From: Escherichia coli phage phiS
Sequence record: PP449093.1
Direction: 5' to 3' (one strand)
Length of the DNA stretch: 64,000 nt
Position numbers and translations under genes: made by a program. Positions within the stretch are counted from its first letter, which is position 1. Each line of letters begins with the position of its first letter. The notes beneath the pieces are model-generated. The model saw only the letters and a program-made list of their open reading frames with translations. It made no database searches and was not told the origin of the DNA. Shown one piece after another: positions 17,505-27,132 of the stretch.

Positions 17505-20183
17505 ATGTATTTTCTGTCATGTGAGCGAGTAGGTGATAAGATCTACGAGCGTTATATTGATGATGCTGGACAAGAGCAAGAGCGTTACGTTGAATATACG
17601 CCAACTTTATTTCATCATGCCGCGCCTGGTATGGTTACGAATTATAAAGATATCTATGGCAAGCCTTGCATTGCTAAAAAATTCCCATCTATGAACGAGG
17701 CCAACAAATGGCGTAAAAAGATGGGGGAGATGGGGCAAGAGGCACTAGGGATGGATGATTTTATCATCTCCTATCTGTCCGATACGTATAAAGGAGAGAT
17801 TCGATATGACCGAAATAAAATCCGTGTAGCATGGGTTGATATTGAGGTCACTGCACCTGAATTTCCTAAACCAGAAGAAGCGAAATATCCTATCGATGCA
17901 ATTACGCATTATGATTCCGTACATGATCGTTTCTTTGTATTTGATTTGAAAGGAAAGAACGGTGAAATCTGGGAAGCAAGCAAATCTATTCTTCGACCTG
18001 ATATTGTAGAGCGCGTTGTTTATAACGTCTATGATACAGAAGATGAATTGCTATTAGAATACATCCGATTCTTTGAGGAAAACCGACCAGTTGGCTTCAC
18101 TGGCTGGAACACAGAAACATTCGATATTCCATATATCATTAAGCGTATCAGTAATAAGTTTGGAAGTCGAACGGCAAACCGATTAAGCCCGTGCGGTAAG
18201 ATTAAATCCCGAATCTCACAGGATGATTTTGGCAACGAGCGTGAAGCATTTACGATCATGGGGATCGAAAGCCTTGATTATATTGACCTGTACAAGAAAT
18301 TTAGCTTTACGACTCAACCAACATATGCATTAGATTATGTTGCTGAATATGAGACAGGAATCGGTAAGGTTGATTATGATGGTCCATTAAAGAAATTGCG
18401 TGATGACAACCATCAACTTTACATCGATTATAACATCGGCGACGTTGACCGTGTGCTGGCGATTGATAAAAAGCGTGGTTTTATTGATCTGGTGTATAGC
18501 CTATGTTTCTATGCAAAGATTAAATTTAACCATGTTTATAATCCGATGAAAGTATGGGATGCTATTATCTTCGGATCTCTGAAAGCAGAGGGTAAAGTAG
18601 TACCGGAAAATAAGATACAGCCTAAGCAGACGTATCCAGGCGCATTTGTAAAAGAACCTGTGCCGAATGCTTACCGTTGGATGATGAGCTTCGATCTCAC
18701 GAGTTTGTATCCTTCAATAATTAGGCAGGTAAATATTTCACCCGAAACTATCGCTGGGTCTTTTGATGCTGCACCGATGCACGAGTATATCAATAAAACT
18801 GCACCACGTCCGAGTGATGAGTATTCTTGCTCGCCTAACGGATGGATGTATAGAAAAGATATTCATGGTATCGTACCGATTGAGATTAAAAAGGTATTCG
18901 ATCAGCGTAAGCAGTACAAAAACATGATGTTGGCATGTGATCGCAATGCTGAACTATGTAAAGCGATTCTACACGATGAAAATCATGTTTATGGGGGAAC
19001 CATTAGCTATAGCGTTGAAGTGCGTCACGACTTCGATGAAGCGTTTAAATCGATGCTTTCTGAATTAAGCAAAGATACCTTAGAGAAATTGCTGGAAGAA
19101 TGTAAAGACGAGTCGATCTTGTGCAATACAAACCAGCTTTCTCGAAAAGTTTTGATCAACTCCCTTTATGGTGCGTTGGGGAATCCTAAATTCCGTTTTT
19201 ATGATCTCCGTAACGCTAGTGCGATCACCTTGTTCGGTCAGCTTGCAATTCAGTGGATTGAGCGTAAGATTAACGAATACTTAAACGAGCTTTGCGGAAC
19301 AACCGATTTTGCATATGTTCGTTATTGTGATACTGACTCCGTTTATGTGCTGGTTAACAATGTTGTTGATAAGGTTGGCGGGGAAGATCGTTTCGACGAT
19401 ACCGAAAAACTTGTTGACTTCCTTGATAATTTCGGTAAACATCGGATGGAACCTATTATCGACAAGGGATATCGCGAGTTATGCGAGTACATGAATAACT
19501 ATGAGCACTTGATGTTTATGGACCGCGAGGCAATTGCTGGTCCTCCGTTGAAATCTGCGGGTATCGGTGGATTCTGGACTGGTAAAAAGCGTTATGCTCT
19601 TAATGTTTGGGATATGGAAGGAACGCGCTTTGCTGAACCTAAGCTAAAAATCATGGGCTTGGAAACGCAACGTAGCTCCACCCCGAAAGCATGTCAGAAA
19701 TCACTGAAAGAATGTATTCGCCGTATGTTGCAGGAAGGTGAAGAGTCATTGCAGGAATACTACGGTATTTTTGAGCAAGAATTTAGAAAACTTGACTATC
19801 TTGATGTTGCTGCGGTATCATCTGCAAACAACCTACAGAAATACAGCGATTCAAACGGGTATCCGATTAAGGGTTGTCCGTATGCGGTTAAGAGTGTATT
19901 GTGTTATAATCGTAATGCTCGAAAATTCGGACTAGATCCGATTCGTGAAGGCGAGAAGGTTATGATTGTACCGCTTAAAGATCGAAATCCGTTTGGAGAA
20001 ATCTGTTTTGGTTGGTTGTCCGGTACTCGTATTCCTCCAGAAATTGAATCAGAGGTGTTAAAGTGGTTAGACTGGCCTTTGTTGTTTAATAAGACTTTCG
20101 TCAAACCACTGGAGAACATTACAACGGCTGCAAAGCTGCAATATGAAAAAGTGGCATCTCTTACAGACCTGTTTGACATTTAA
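17505..20183 (+). CDS. 43: DNA polymerase gp43 (family B)
   Basis: ERYIDD...VEY.PT.F, exonuclease motifs and the YCDTDS polymerase motif. Start moved to ATG 17505 after RBS AAGGAG. Confidence 0.95.
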   Translation: MYFLSCERVGDKIYERYIDDAGQEQERYVEYTPTLFHHAAPGMVTNYKDIYGKPCIAKKFPSMNEANKWRKKMGEMGQEALGMDDFIISYLSDTYKGEIRYDRNKIRVAWVDIEVTAPEFPKPEEAKYPIDAITHYDSVHDRFFVFDLKGKNGEIWEASKSILRPDIVERVVYNVYDTEDELLLEYIRFFEENRPVGFTGWNTETFDIPYIIKRISNKFGSRTANRLSPCGKIKSRISQDDFGNEREAFTIMGIESLDYIDLYKKFSFTTQPTYALDYVAEYETGIGKVDYDGPLKKLRDDNHQLYIDYNIGDVDRVLAIDKKRGFIDLVYSLCFYAKIKFNHVYNPMKVWDAIIFGSLKAEGKVVPENKIQPKQTYPGAFVKEPVPNAYRWMMSFDLTSLYPSIIRQVNISPETIAGSFDAAPMHEYINKTAPRPSDEYSCSPNGWMYRKDIHGIVPIEIKKVFDQRKQYKNMMLACDRNAELCKAILHDENHVYGGTISYSVEVRHDFDEAFKSMLSELSKDTLEKLLEECKDESILCNTNQLSRKVLINSLYGALGNPKFRFYDLRNASAITLFGQLAIQWIERKINEYLNELCGTTDFAYVRYCDTDSVYVLVNNVVDKVGGEDRFDDTEKLVDFLDNFGKHRMEPIIDKGYRELCEYMNNYEHLMFMDREAIAGPPLKSAGIGGFWTGKKRYALNVWDMEGTRFAEPKLKIMGLETQRSSTPKACQKSLKECIRRMLQEGEESLQEYYGIFEQEFRKLDYLDVAAVSSANNLQKYSDSNGYPIKGCPYAVKSVLCYNRNARKFGLDPIREGEKVMIVPLKDRNPFGEICFGWLSGTRIPPEIESEVLKWLDWPLLFNKTFVKPLENITTAAKLQYEKVASLTDLFDI

Positions 20184-20244
20184 GATAAAGTGTGTATAAT
20201 GGCGGGTGTTGGGTGACGATACCCGCCAATGTGAGAAATATATT

Positions 20245-20433
20245 ATGAGAGACATTGAAAAGATTAAACGTGAACGTGAGGAAGGCATAGAGTATTTCAA
20301 GAAAGTTCACGGAAATCACAGCAACGAAGTATTTGTGACGATCAATGTTGATGCGATGAAAAAGTTAATTCAAGAGCACTACAAAGATCGAATAACAATG
20401 AAGCAATTAAAGTATTACGGATTAACTGAATAG
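20245..20433 (+). CDS. Hypothetical protein (62 aa)
   Basis: The only ORF between 43 and uvsX. It is not membrane-like, so it is not an Imm homolog. Confidence 0.4.
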   Translation: MRDIEKIKREREEGIEYFKKVHGNHSNEVFVTINVDAMKKLIQEHYKDRITMKQLKYYGLTE

Positions 20434-20444
20434 AGGTATTAATA

Positions 20445-21515
20445 ATGTCTGTACTGGAAAAACTGAAAAAGAACTCTACCCTGAAAACTACTGCGGTACT
20501 GTCTAAATCCAGCTTCTTTAACGAAAAAACAAATACTCGCACTAAGATCCCGATGCTGAATATTGCGTTTTCAGGTGATCTTAAAAAGGGCTTTCAATCT
20601 GGTCTGATTTTCTTTGCTGGTCCGTCTAAGCACTTTAAATCAAACATGGGATTAACTTGTGTTAGTGCATACATGAAACAGAATCCTGATGCGGCGTGTT
20701 TGTTCTTTGATTCTGAGTTCGGTATTACACCAGCTTATCTGGAATCTATGGGCGTAGATCCTGATCGCGTAGTGCATGTTCCAATCAAGAACATCGAAGA
20801 ACTTAAATTTGAAATCATGAACCAGCTTGAGCAAATTACCCGTGAAGATAAAGTGATCATCTTTATTGACTCAATTGGTAACTTAGCAAGTAAAAAAGAA
20901 GTTGAAGACGCGATTAATGAGAAATCCGCACAGGATATGACGCGAGCGAAAGCACTTAAAGGCTTGTTCCGTATGGTTACGCCGTATCTGACTATGAATG
21001 ATATCCCGTGCATCGCTATTAACCACACTTACGAAACGCAAGAAATGTTTAGTAAGACCGTTATGTCCGGCGGTACGGGCGCGATGTACAGCGCGAATGA
21101 AGTTTTTATTATCGGTCGTCGCCAGCAGAAAGAAGGTACAGAGTTGACTGGTTATGAGTTTATATTGAAGGCCGATAAGTCACGAACTGTTAAAGAAGGG
21201 TCGAAGTTCCCGATTGATGTAACGTTTAGCGGTGGTATTAACCCATATTCCGGTTTACTGGATCTCGCAATCGAGCTTGGGTGGGTCGTCAGCCCGTCGA
21301 AAGGTTGGTATTCTCGTTCCATTCTGAATACTGAAACAGGAGAAATGGAAACAGAAGAACGCAAGTTCCGTGCTAAAGAAACTAATAGTGTTGATTTTTG
21401 GAGACCGCTTCTGACTAATGATAAGTTTAACGAAGCGATTAACGAACACTATCAGCTGGGTCAAGTTATAAGCGATGAGGCAGTTGACAAAGAAGTCGAA
21501 GATATGTTAGCATAA
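20445..21515 (+). CDS. uvsX: Recombinase UvsX (RecA-like)
   Basis: KIPMLNIAFSGD...AGPSKHFKSN...CLFFDSEFGITPAY...INHTYETQEMFSKTVM match T4 UvsX as I recall it. Confidence 0.95.
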   Translation: MSVLEKLKKNSTLKTTAVLSKSSFFNEKTNTRTKIPMLNIAFSGDLKKGFQSGLIFFAGPSKHFKSNMGLTCVSAYMKQNPDAACLFFDSEFGITPAYLESMGVDPDRVVHVPIKNIEELKFEIMNQLEQITREDKVIIFIDSIGNLASKKEVEDAINEKSAQDMTRAKALKGLFRMVTPYLTMNDIPCIAINHTYETQEMFSKTVMSGGTGAMYSANEVFIIGRRQQKEGTELTGYEFILKADKSRTVKEGSKFPIDVTFSGGINPYSGLLDLAIELGWVVSPSKGWYSRSILNTETGEMETEERKFRAKETNSVDFWRPLLTNDKFNEAINEHYQLGQVISDEAVDKEVEDMLA

Positions 21516-21570
21516 CAATGGTAGTAAAGGGGCTACGTGCCCCTTTTTCATATCTAGAGAGGATTATATT

Positions 21571-21888
21571 ATGGATAAGAAACCAACAAGTTTAGAAGAA
21601 GCACACAGCTTGATTCAAGAAGCAATGAAGACAGTTATCCAGGAACTGATAATTGTTGATGAAGAGGGAGAACATCATATTGTCTATATTCATAATGTTG
21701 AATACGATCCAGACACTAAAGGTATTGTGGTCGACTACTCCACGCCGTCAGATCGTGATGTGGTATATCCACACGTCATTAAGGCGTTAACCGCGCAGAT
21801 CAAAGAAGCAGAAGAAAAGTTGAAAAAAGAAACTTTCTGGTATAAACTCAAGACCTTTGTTATGCGTGTAGTTGGGGGCTATGTATGA
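21571..21888 (+). CDS. Hypothetical protein in the gene-40 position
   Basis: 105-aa ORF between uvsX and 41, identified by synteny only. Confidence 0.4.
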   Translation: MDKKPTSLEEAHSLIQEAMKTVIQELIIVDEEGEHHIVYIHNVEYDPDTKGIVVDYSTPSDRDVVYPHVIKALTAQIKEAEEKLKKETFWYKLKTFVMRVVGGYV

Positions 21889-23297
21889 TTAAAACTATCT
21901 TTTCACAGTTGATTTACAATGGCGCATTCTTTACGAATGTATGGCCTCACCTTAAAGCGGACTACTTCACCGAAGACGAAGAAAAACTGATTTATAAGCT
22001 GATTAAAAAGCACGTAGACGAATATTCCAATATTCCTACGCCAACTGCATTACAGATTGCTTTAGACAAGGAGAGAGGCAATCAGAAAACATATGAAGGG
22101 GCTAAAACTCTTCTTGATTCGCTTGAGAATACACCGGAAGACCTTGATTGGTTAATGAAGGAAACCGAAAAATTTATTCGTGACCGTGCCATGTATAATG
22201 CAATGTCACGGGCGCTAGAGATTCAGGCGAACGCACAACTACCAAAAGAGAAACAGAATAAGAAATTGCCGAGTGAGGGAGCTATTCCTGAGATCATGCA
22301 GGAAGCACTATCCATTACGTTTGATTCTGATGTAGGTCATGACTGGTTTAATGACTTTGAAAAACGATTCCTGTTATATCAGACTAAGGCGAATAAGATC
22401 CCATTTAAGCTGCCGATGTTGAATAAAATCACGAAAGGAGGGGCGGAAAGAAAAACGCTAAATGTGTTGCTTGCTGGTGTAAACGTTGGCAAATCGCTTG
22501 GACTGTGTTCTCTTGCTGCGGATTATATGGAATGTGGTTATGATGTATTGTATATCTCAATGGAGATGGCAGAGCATGTAGTAGCAAAACGTATCGACGC
22601 AAACTTGCTTGACATTACATTAGATGAATTGGATAATGGTAATGTTTCTTTTGCGGAATATTCCGCACGCATGAAGCGTGTTAAGAATAAGAAGATCGGA
22701 GATCGTCCGGTTGGAAAATTGATGATCAAGCAGTATCCGACTGGTGGCGCGAACTCCAATCACTTTGAGGCGCTAATGAATGAATTGCGCCTCAAGAAAC
22801 AGTTTAAACCTGATGTTGTGATTGTTGACTATCTGGGGATTTGCGCATCGTCTCGCTTGCGTGTATACTCTGAGAATAGCTATACTCTAGTTAAAGCGAT
22901 TGCGGAAGAACTGCGAGGATTTTTTGTTAAGTGGGATGTTGTTGGTTGGACTGCGGCACAGACTACCCGCGCGGGTTGGGACGCTTCCGACCTTAACATG
23001 AGTGATACCGCTGAATCAGCAGGTCTTCCGGCTACTGCCGACTTTATGTTGGGTGTTATCGAAACCGAAGACCTGGCTAAAATGGGCGTCCAACTCATGA
23101 AGCAGATCAAGTCTCGTTACGGTGATAAGAACTATTATTCACGGTTTAACGTTGGTGTGAAGAAAGGCAATCAGCGTTGGTATGAAGTACCAAACCAGAT
23201 CGCAGATCAGGAGAATGCACAAGTTAAACCACAAAGCGCACAGCAAGCCGAGAAACGAGAAAAACTCGACGAGCTAGCAAATAACATGACTTTCTAA
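21885..23297 (+). CDS. 41: Replicative DNA helicase gp41 (DnaB-like)
   Basis: The N-terminus resembles T4 gp41; Walker A GVNVGKS; RecA-like C-terminal domain. Confidence 0.9.
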   Translation: MIKTIFSQLIYNGAFFTNVWPHLKADYFTEDEEKLIYKLIKKHVDEYSNIPTPTALQIALDKERGNQKTYEGAKTLLDSLENTPEDLDWLMKETEKFIRDRAMYNAMSRALEIQANAQLPKEKQNKKLPSEGAIPEIMQEALSITFDSDVGHDWFNDFEKRFLLYQTKANKIPFKLPMLNKITKGGAERKTLNVLLAGVNVGKSLGLCSLAADYMECGYDVLYISMEMAEHVVAKRIDANLLDITLDELDNGNVSFAEYSARMKRVKNKKIGDRPVGKLMIKQYPTGGANSNHFEALMNELRLKKQFKPDVVIVDYLGICASSRLRVYSENSYTLVKAIAEELRGFFVKWDVVGWTAAQTTRAGWDASDLNMSDTAESAGLPATADFMLGVIETEDLAKMGVQLMKQIKSRYGDKNYYSRFNVGVKKGNQRWYEVPNQIADQENAQVKPQSAQQAEKREKLDELANNMTF

Positions 23298-23347
23298 TAA
23301 AATGCGCCCTGCGGGGCGCTGGTGAATGATTTGATAGGAGATATAAC

Positions 23348-23983
23348 ATGATCGCTAATGCTTTACCGCCAAAATGGATCGTAAGTCGCTTTTATACTCT
23401 CAAGGAAGGTAACGCACCTGATGGTCGTCCGATCCGAGATCTGTTTCTGGAGATGACTACAGCCGAAGCACAGTTTTATAATGATCTGACAGACGATAAG
23501 CCATTTCTCGTAAATTCGGTGGACCTTGATGGGAATGTCACATCAATTATCACGCATGATGGAACACTGAAAAATATTACTTCTCTGCGTGATCACGGTT
23601 GGGAAATTGCTTGTGTATTTCCTGCGGATGTACGCGGATTCTTTGATGAGGTATCTGACATTAAAGTAAATGCACTGGAACCATATGACGAGATCCCACC
23701 ACTGAAAGAAGAAAAAGAGTTGACACCGGAAGATGTAGATAGTACACTACACCCCGACCAATTTAAGAAGATTAGCGGTTTATGGACTGTTACCTTGTAT
23801 CCAACCGCATTAGGTCTAGAATTGGGTATGTCAACTTATTCTGATATTGATAACTGGAATAAGAGTATTGATAAAGATGTTGAAAAACAGCGAAATAATG
23901 CTAAAATGCAACTTAAAGAGAAACGCAAAGATCTTGAACGACAACTGAAAGAAACAAAACATTTGCTTTCTACATTCGCTTGA
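23348..23983 (+). CDS. Hypothetical protein (211 aa)
   Basis: ORF from the track, preceded by a GC hairpin gcgccctgcggggcgc. Confidence 0.55.
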   Translation: MIANALPPKWIVSRFYTLKEGNAPDGRPIRDLFLEMTTAEAQFYNDLTDDKPFLVNSVDLDGNVTSIITHDGTLKNITSLRDHGWEIACVFPADVRGFFDEVSDIKVNALEPYDEIPPLKEEKELTPEDVDSTLHPDQFKKISGLWTVTLYPTALGLELGMSTYSDIDNWNKSIDKDVEKQRNNAKMQLKEKRKDLERQLKETKHLLSTFA

Positions 23984-24013
23984 TCTATAATGAAACTCTA
24001 AGGAGACTATATT

Positions 24014-24391
24014 ATGAAAAATATGATTACGCCGGAAGATGTAGCATTCAAAACCGCATTCAACGGAGATATTCTTATTTTTATCGACGGTAAACACGCC
24101 GGAATGATTGAACCGGAAGGTCGCTGGGGTGTTGCTGAACTATATAACGTGGCGGGTGTAGAAGGTCATAAAACAGCACTTGTTTTCTTGTCAGATAAAG
24201 ATCAAATGCGTCGAAAAATTGCTGCGCTCTATAATGAAGCAGTATATTTCTACGAACCGTTTCATCGTATTAAAACGATCTCCCGCGTGACTCGAAAAGA
24301 TGTTAATGCTTGTGTTATCAAGATTGTAGAGAATCAGGATAAACTGACGAAAGACCAGATTGTTGACTTACTGAAAGAGATTATTCTATGA
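24014..24391 (+). CDS. Hypothetical protein (125 aa)
   Basis: RBS AAGGAG. Confidence 0.55.
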   Translation: MKNMITPEDVAFKTAFNGDILIFIDGKHAGMIEPEGRWGVAELYNVAGVEGHKTALVFLSDKDQMRRKIAALYNEAVYFYEPFHRIKTISRVTRKDVNACVIKIVENQDKLTKDQIVDLLKEIIL

Positions 24392-24564
24392 TTGGATTTA
24401 AACAGTTTGTTGAAGAAAATAAACTCAAAGAAGATATGACCGCTGGCGATGCTGGCGGCAATCCTGAGAAGATCGCAGCAGGTGAAACGAGCGGATCTAT
24501 TACCAATCGTGGACCTAGTGTAGCGGGTAAAGAAAAACGCAAAAAGGAGAAAGACGGTGCTTAG
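24388..24564 (+). CDS. Hypothetical small protein (58 aa)
   Basis: My own translation; start overlaps the upstream stop (ATGA). Confidence 0.3.
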   Translation: MIGFKQFVEENKLKEDMTAGDAGGNPEKIAAGETSGSITNRGPSVAGKEKRKKEKDGA

Positions 24565-24715
24565 TATCATCATGTTTATCGTTGGCTTGCTGTCCGCTAT
24601 TATCGGTGTTGTTGTTTTCGGATTATCTGGACACAAAACAAAAACAGAAAAGTTATCCGAGATCACAATGTATGTTGGTGTAGTTCTCATTCTGTTGTCG
24701 GTGGCGCTTAAATGA
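24557..24715 (+). CDS. Small two-helix membrane protein (52 aa)
   Basis: GTG after AAGGAGA. Two hydrophobic segments, IIMFIVGLLSAIIGVVVFGL and MYVGVVLILLSVAL. Confidence 0.35.
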   Translation: MLSIIMFIVGLLSAIIGVVVFGLSGHKTKTEKLSEITMYVGVVLILLSVALK

Positions 24716-24915
24716 TTACGATGAAATGTCTTAAAAGCACATATGCACTTTTTGAAGCCGGAAAAGAATATGAATTTACAGAACTTGATTCGGTAGGCCG
24801 TTTTCGTGTATTCTCTTACACATCGCCAGATGGTAGTGTCTACAAATTTGGCTTAGATGAAAACGGAGAGAATGCAAATGAAAGTGTGGGAACTTTCATG
24901 AAATTTGAGCTATAA
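24712..24915 (+). CDS. Hypothetical protein (67 aa)
   Basis: ORF from the track. Confidence 0.45.
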   Translation: MITMKCLKSTYALFEAGKEYEFTELDSVGRFRVFSYTSPDGSVYKFGLDENGENANESVGTFMKFEL

Positions 24916-24924
24916 GAGGTTATT

Positions 24925-25953
24925 ATGATTTACTACGCAGATTATGAAATAGCGGAAAAAGCCATATATGGCGAACGAAATTTTAAACGGTTGCATACTA
25001 GCTCATTTACGCTGGTCTGTAGTTGTCCGATCTGCGGTGACTCAAAGAAAAATCATACTCAAGCGCGATTCCGTATCTATACCTATAAGGATAGTTTGCG
25101 AGCCGGATGTTTCAACTGTAACTACAATCAGCCGTTAGGTGAATTTCTTAAACAATATAAGCCGGACCTATTCAGGGAATGGCTTATGGAACGACGGAAG
25201 GAACAAGGAGATCACAAGAACACTACGTTCAAGCCACTGAAAAAGGTAGAAAAGCCGGAGATTAAGAAAGTGCAAACATTGCCTTTCTGCGAGAGGTTAG
25301 ATACTCTTCCGGCTAATCATCCTATAATAAAGTATGTCAGTGATCGTTGCATCCCTCACGATAAATGGGATCTTCTGTATTTCACGAGAGAATGGCAAAA
25401 GGTAGCAAATCACATTAAGGCTGATACTTTCAAGAATCCACAACCTGAACCGCGTTTAGTGATTCCTATCTTTAACCGCGAGAACAAGATAGAATCCATT
25501 CAGGGGCGAGCATTGAGAAAGGATTACGGAAAGACCAAATATATGACGATTAAAACTCACGAGTTAGCGAGTAAGGTCTATGGTCTTGAACGCGCCGATC
25601 CGAGTAAACCAGTGTATTTCTTAGAAGGTCCGATCGATTCATTGTTTATTGATAACGGGTGTGCAATTACTGGCGGTACGTTGGGATTAGATGAAATCCC
25701 TTTCCCAGACCAGCGAGTGTTTGTACTTGATGCGGAACCACGGTCTGCCGATACAATGCACCGACTGGAAAAGTTTATCAATGCAGGGGAAAAGATTGTA
25801 TTGTGGGACCGTTGCCCGTGGCATTCTAAAGACGTTAACGCCATGATTCAGGACGAGGGCGCTACACGCGACCAGATCATGGAATACATCAAAGAGAACA
25901 CCGTACAAGGTCTGATGGCTAAAATGCGGTTTATGAAATATTGTAAATTTTAA
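24925..25953 (+). CDS. 61: DNA primase gp61
   Basis: Zn-ribbon CSCPICGDSKKN...CFNCNYN and toprim-like C-terminus; ...EGATRDQIMEYIKENTVQGLMAKMR matches T4 gp61 as I recall it. Confidence 0.9.
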   Translation: MIYYADYEIAEKAIYGERNFKRLHTSSFTLVCSCPICGDSKKNHTQARFRIYTYKDSLRAGCFNCNYNQPLGEFLKQYKPDLFREWLMERRKEQGDHKNTTFKPLKKVEKPEIKKVQTLPFCERLDTLPANHPIIKYVSDRCIPHDKWDLLYFTREWQKVANHIKADTFKNPQPEPRLVIPIFNRENKIESIQGRALRKDYGKTKYMTIKTHELASKVYGLERADPSKPVYFLEGPIDSLFIDNGCAITGGTLGLDEIPFPDQRVFVLDAEPRSADTMHRLEKFINAGEKIVLWDRCPWHSKDVNAMIQDEGATRDQIMEYIKENTVQGLMAKMRFMKYCKF

Positions 25954-25970
25954 TTAATGAGGGTTGTATT

Positions 25971-26534
25971 GTGAGGGTAAGGAAAGCCAAAGAATGGAGA
26001 GATGAATTAAAGGATGAAATACGTCGAAGATATAGACACGAAAGGGGTATATTGATTCATAAAACAAACAGCAAAGCAAGCCGAACGACGAAAGAAGGCC
26101 AGTTTTATAAGGTTGGTGATATAGTAAAGGTATCTAAAGTCACAGCCGGACACCTAAAAGTCTCATTTTCTTTTGAAGGAAAACAATATTTTGAGCTTGT
26201 GCATAGAATAGTATTCTTCTTAGAGCATGGGTATTGCCCACCTGTCATTGACCATATTGACGGGAATCCAGAAAACAACGATCCTCCAAACTTAAGAGAG
26301 GCGACACAAAAACAGAATACCCAAAATATGAGAAGAAATAACCAAACTAAAACTAGCAATTTTAAAGGAGTGCATTATAATAGTCGTTCGGGTAAATGGG
26401 TCGCCCAGATAAGGGACAATGAAGGAAATAAAGTCTATATAGGACAATTTGACCTAGAAATAGACGCCGCAATAGTATATAATGACTATGCGTATAAGTA
26501 TCACGGTGAATTTGCAGTGTTTAATGTTATTTGA
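25971..26534 (+). CDS. HNH homing endonuclease with AP2 domain (copy B)
   Basis: VHRIVFFLEHGY...IDHIDGNPENN...NLREAT, then AP2-like KGVHYN...GKWVAQI...YIGQFDLEIDAAIVYNDYAYKYHGEFA. GTG start. Confidence 0.8.
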   Translation: MRVRKAKEWRDELKDEIRRRYRHERGILIHKTNSKASRTTKEGQFYKVGDIVKVSKVTAGHLKVSFSFEGKQYFELVHRIVFFLEHGYCPPVIDHIDGNPENNDPPNLREATQKQNTQNMRRNNQTKTSNFKGVHYNSRSGKWVAQIRDNEGNKVYIGQFDLEIDAAIVYNDYAYKYHGEFAVFNVI

Positions 26535-26544
26535 GAGGTTTATT

Positions 26545-27063
26545 ATGAGTGAATTTAATTCTTGTGCTGGTCTTGTTAATGATGAAACTATGTCTAAAGC
26601 TGGTATTGCGTATTCCGAGGCAATCACTAGCGGTAAAGATCCGCTGCAAGTAATGTTAGATATGCAAAAAGGATTGCAGGTCGCACTAGCTGATAAATTT
26701 GAGTGGGTAATGCATCCTGATAAGCTGGAAACTTGCGGGGAGATCCTTGACTGGATGAAGTTGTGGGATGACGCAATCGACGACGAGACACGAGAACTTT
26801 ATGTTGCCCTGGGTGGCATGTCAAATGGCAAAGATGCAAGCGCAATTACTAAAGTGTGGAAGAAGAACCACGGCGAAGCACGAGCGCGTAAATTTGCTGA
26901 TCTGTCAGATGACGATAAAACCGAAATTGCGATGGAATTGATCGATATCTGGCATTTTGTGCTGATTAAAATGCTGGGCTTAGGTTTAACCGCTAAGGAT
27001 ATCTTCAAGCTGTACTATCTGAAAAATGCTGAAAACTTCGCCCGTCAAGAACGCGGCTACTAA
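26545..27063 (+). CDS. 56: MazG-like nucleotide pyrophosphohydrolase, probable gp56 dCTPase homolog
   Basis: PLQVMLDMQ...HPDKLET...FKLYYLKNAENFARQERGY fits my recollection of T4 gp56. Position between 61 and dda. Confidence 0.6.
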   Translation: MSEFNSCAGLVNDETMSKAGIAYSEAITSGKDPLQVMLDMQKGLQVALADKFEWVMHPDKLETCGEILDWMKLWDDAIDDETRELYVALGGMSNGKDASAITKVWKKNHGEARARKFADLSDDDKTEIAMELIDIWHFVLIKMLGLGLTAKDIFKLYYLKNAENFARQERGY

Positions 27064-27070
27064 AAATTAG

Positions 27071-27099
27071 TTGACACTACTCTATAATGGTTTTATTAT
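27071..27099 (+). promoter_or_regulatory. Early promoter (TTGACA, 17 nt, TATTAT) followed by a leader hairpin that includes the RBS
   Basis: TTGACA ... TATTAT. Downstream hairpin gcctcc-cgtcgaaagatt-ggaggc plus a T-run sits 8 nt before ATG 27133. Confidence 0.4.
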
Positions 27100-27132
27100 G
27101 CCTCCCGTCGAAAGATTGGAGGCTTTTTTATT

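Noticed and set aside
27071-27088. TTGACA followed only 6 nt later by TATAAT
   Set aside because: The spacing is incompatible with sigma70 recognition. The downstream TATTAT at 17-nt spacing was taken as the -10 instead.
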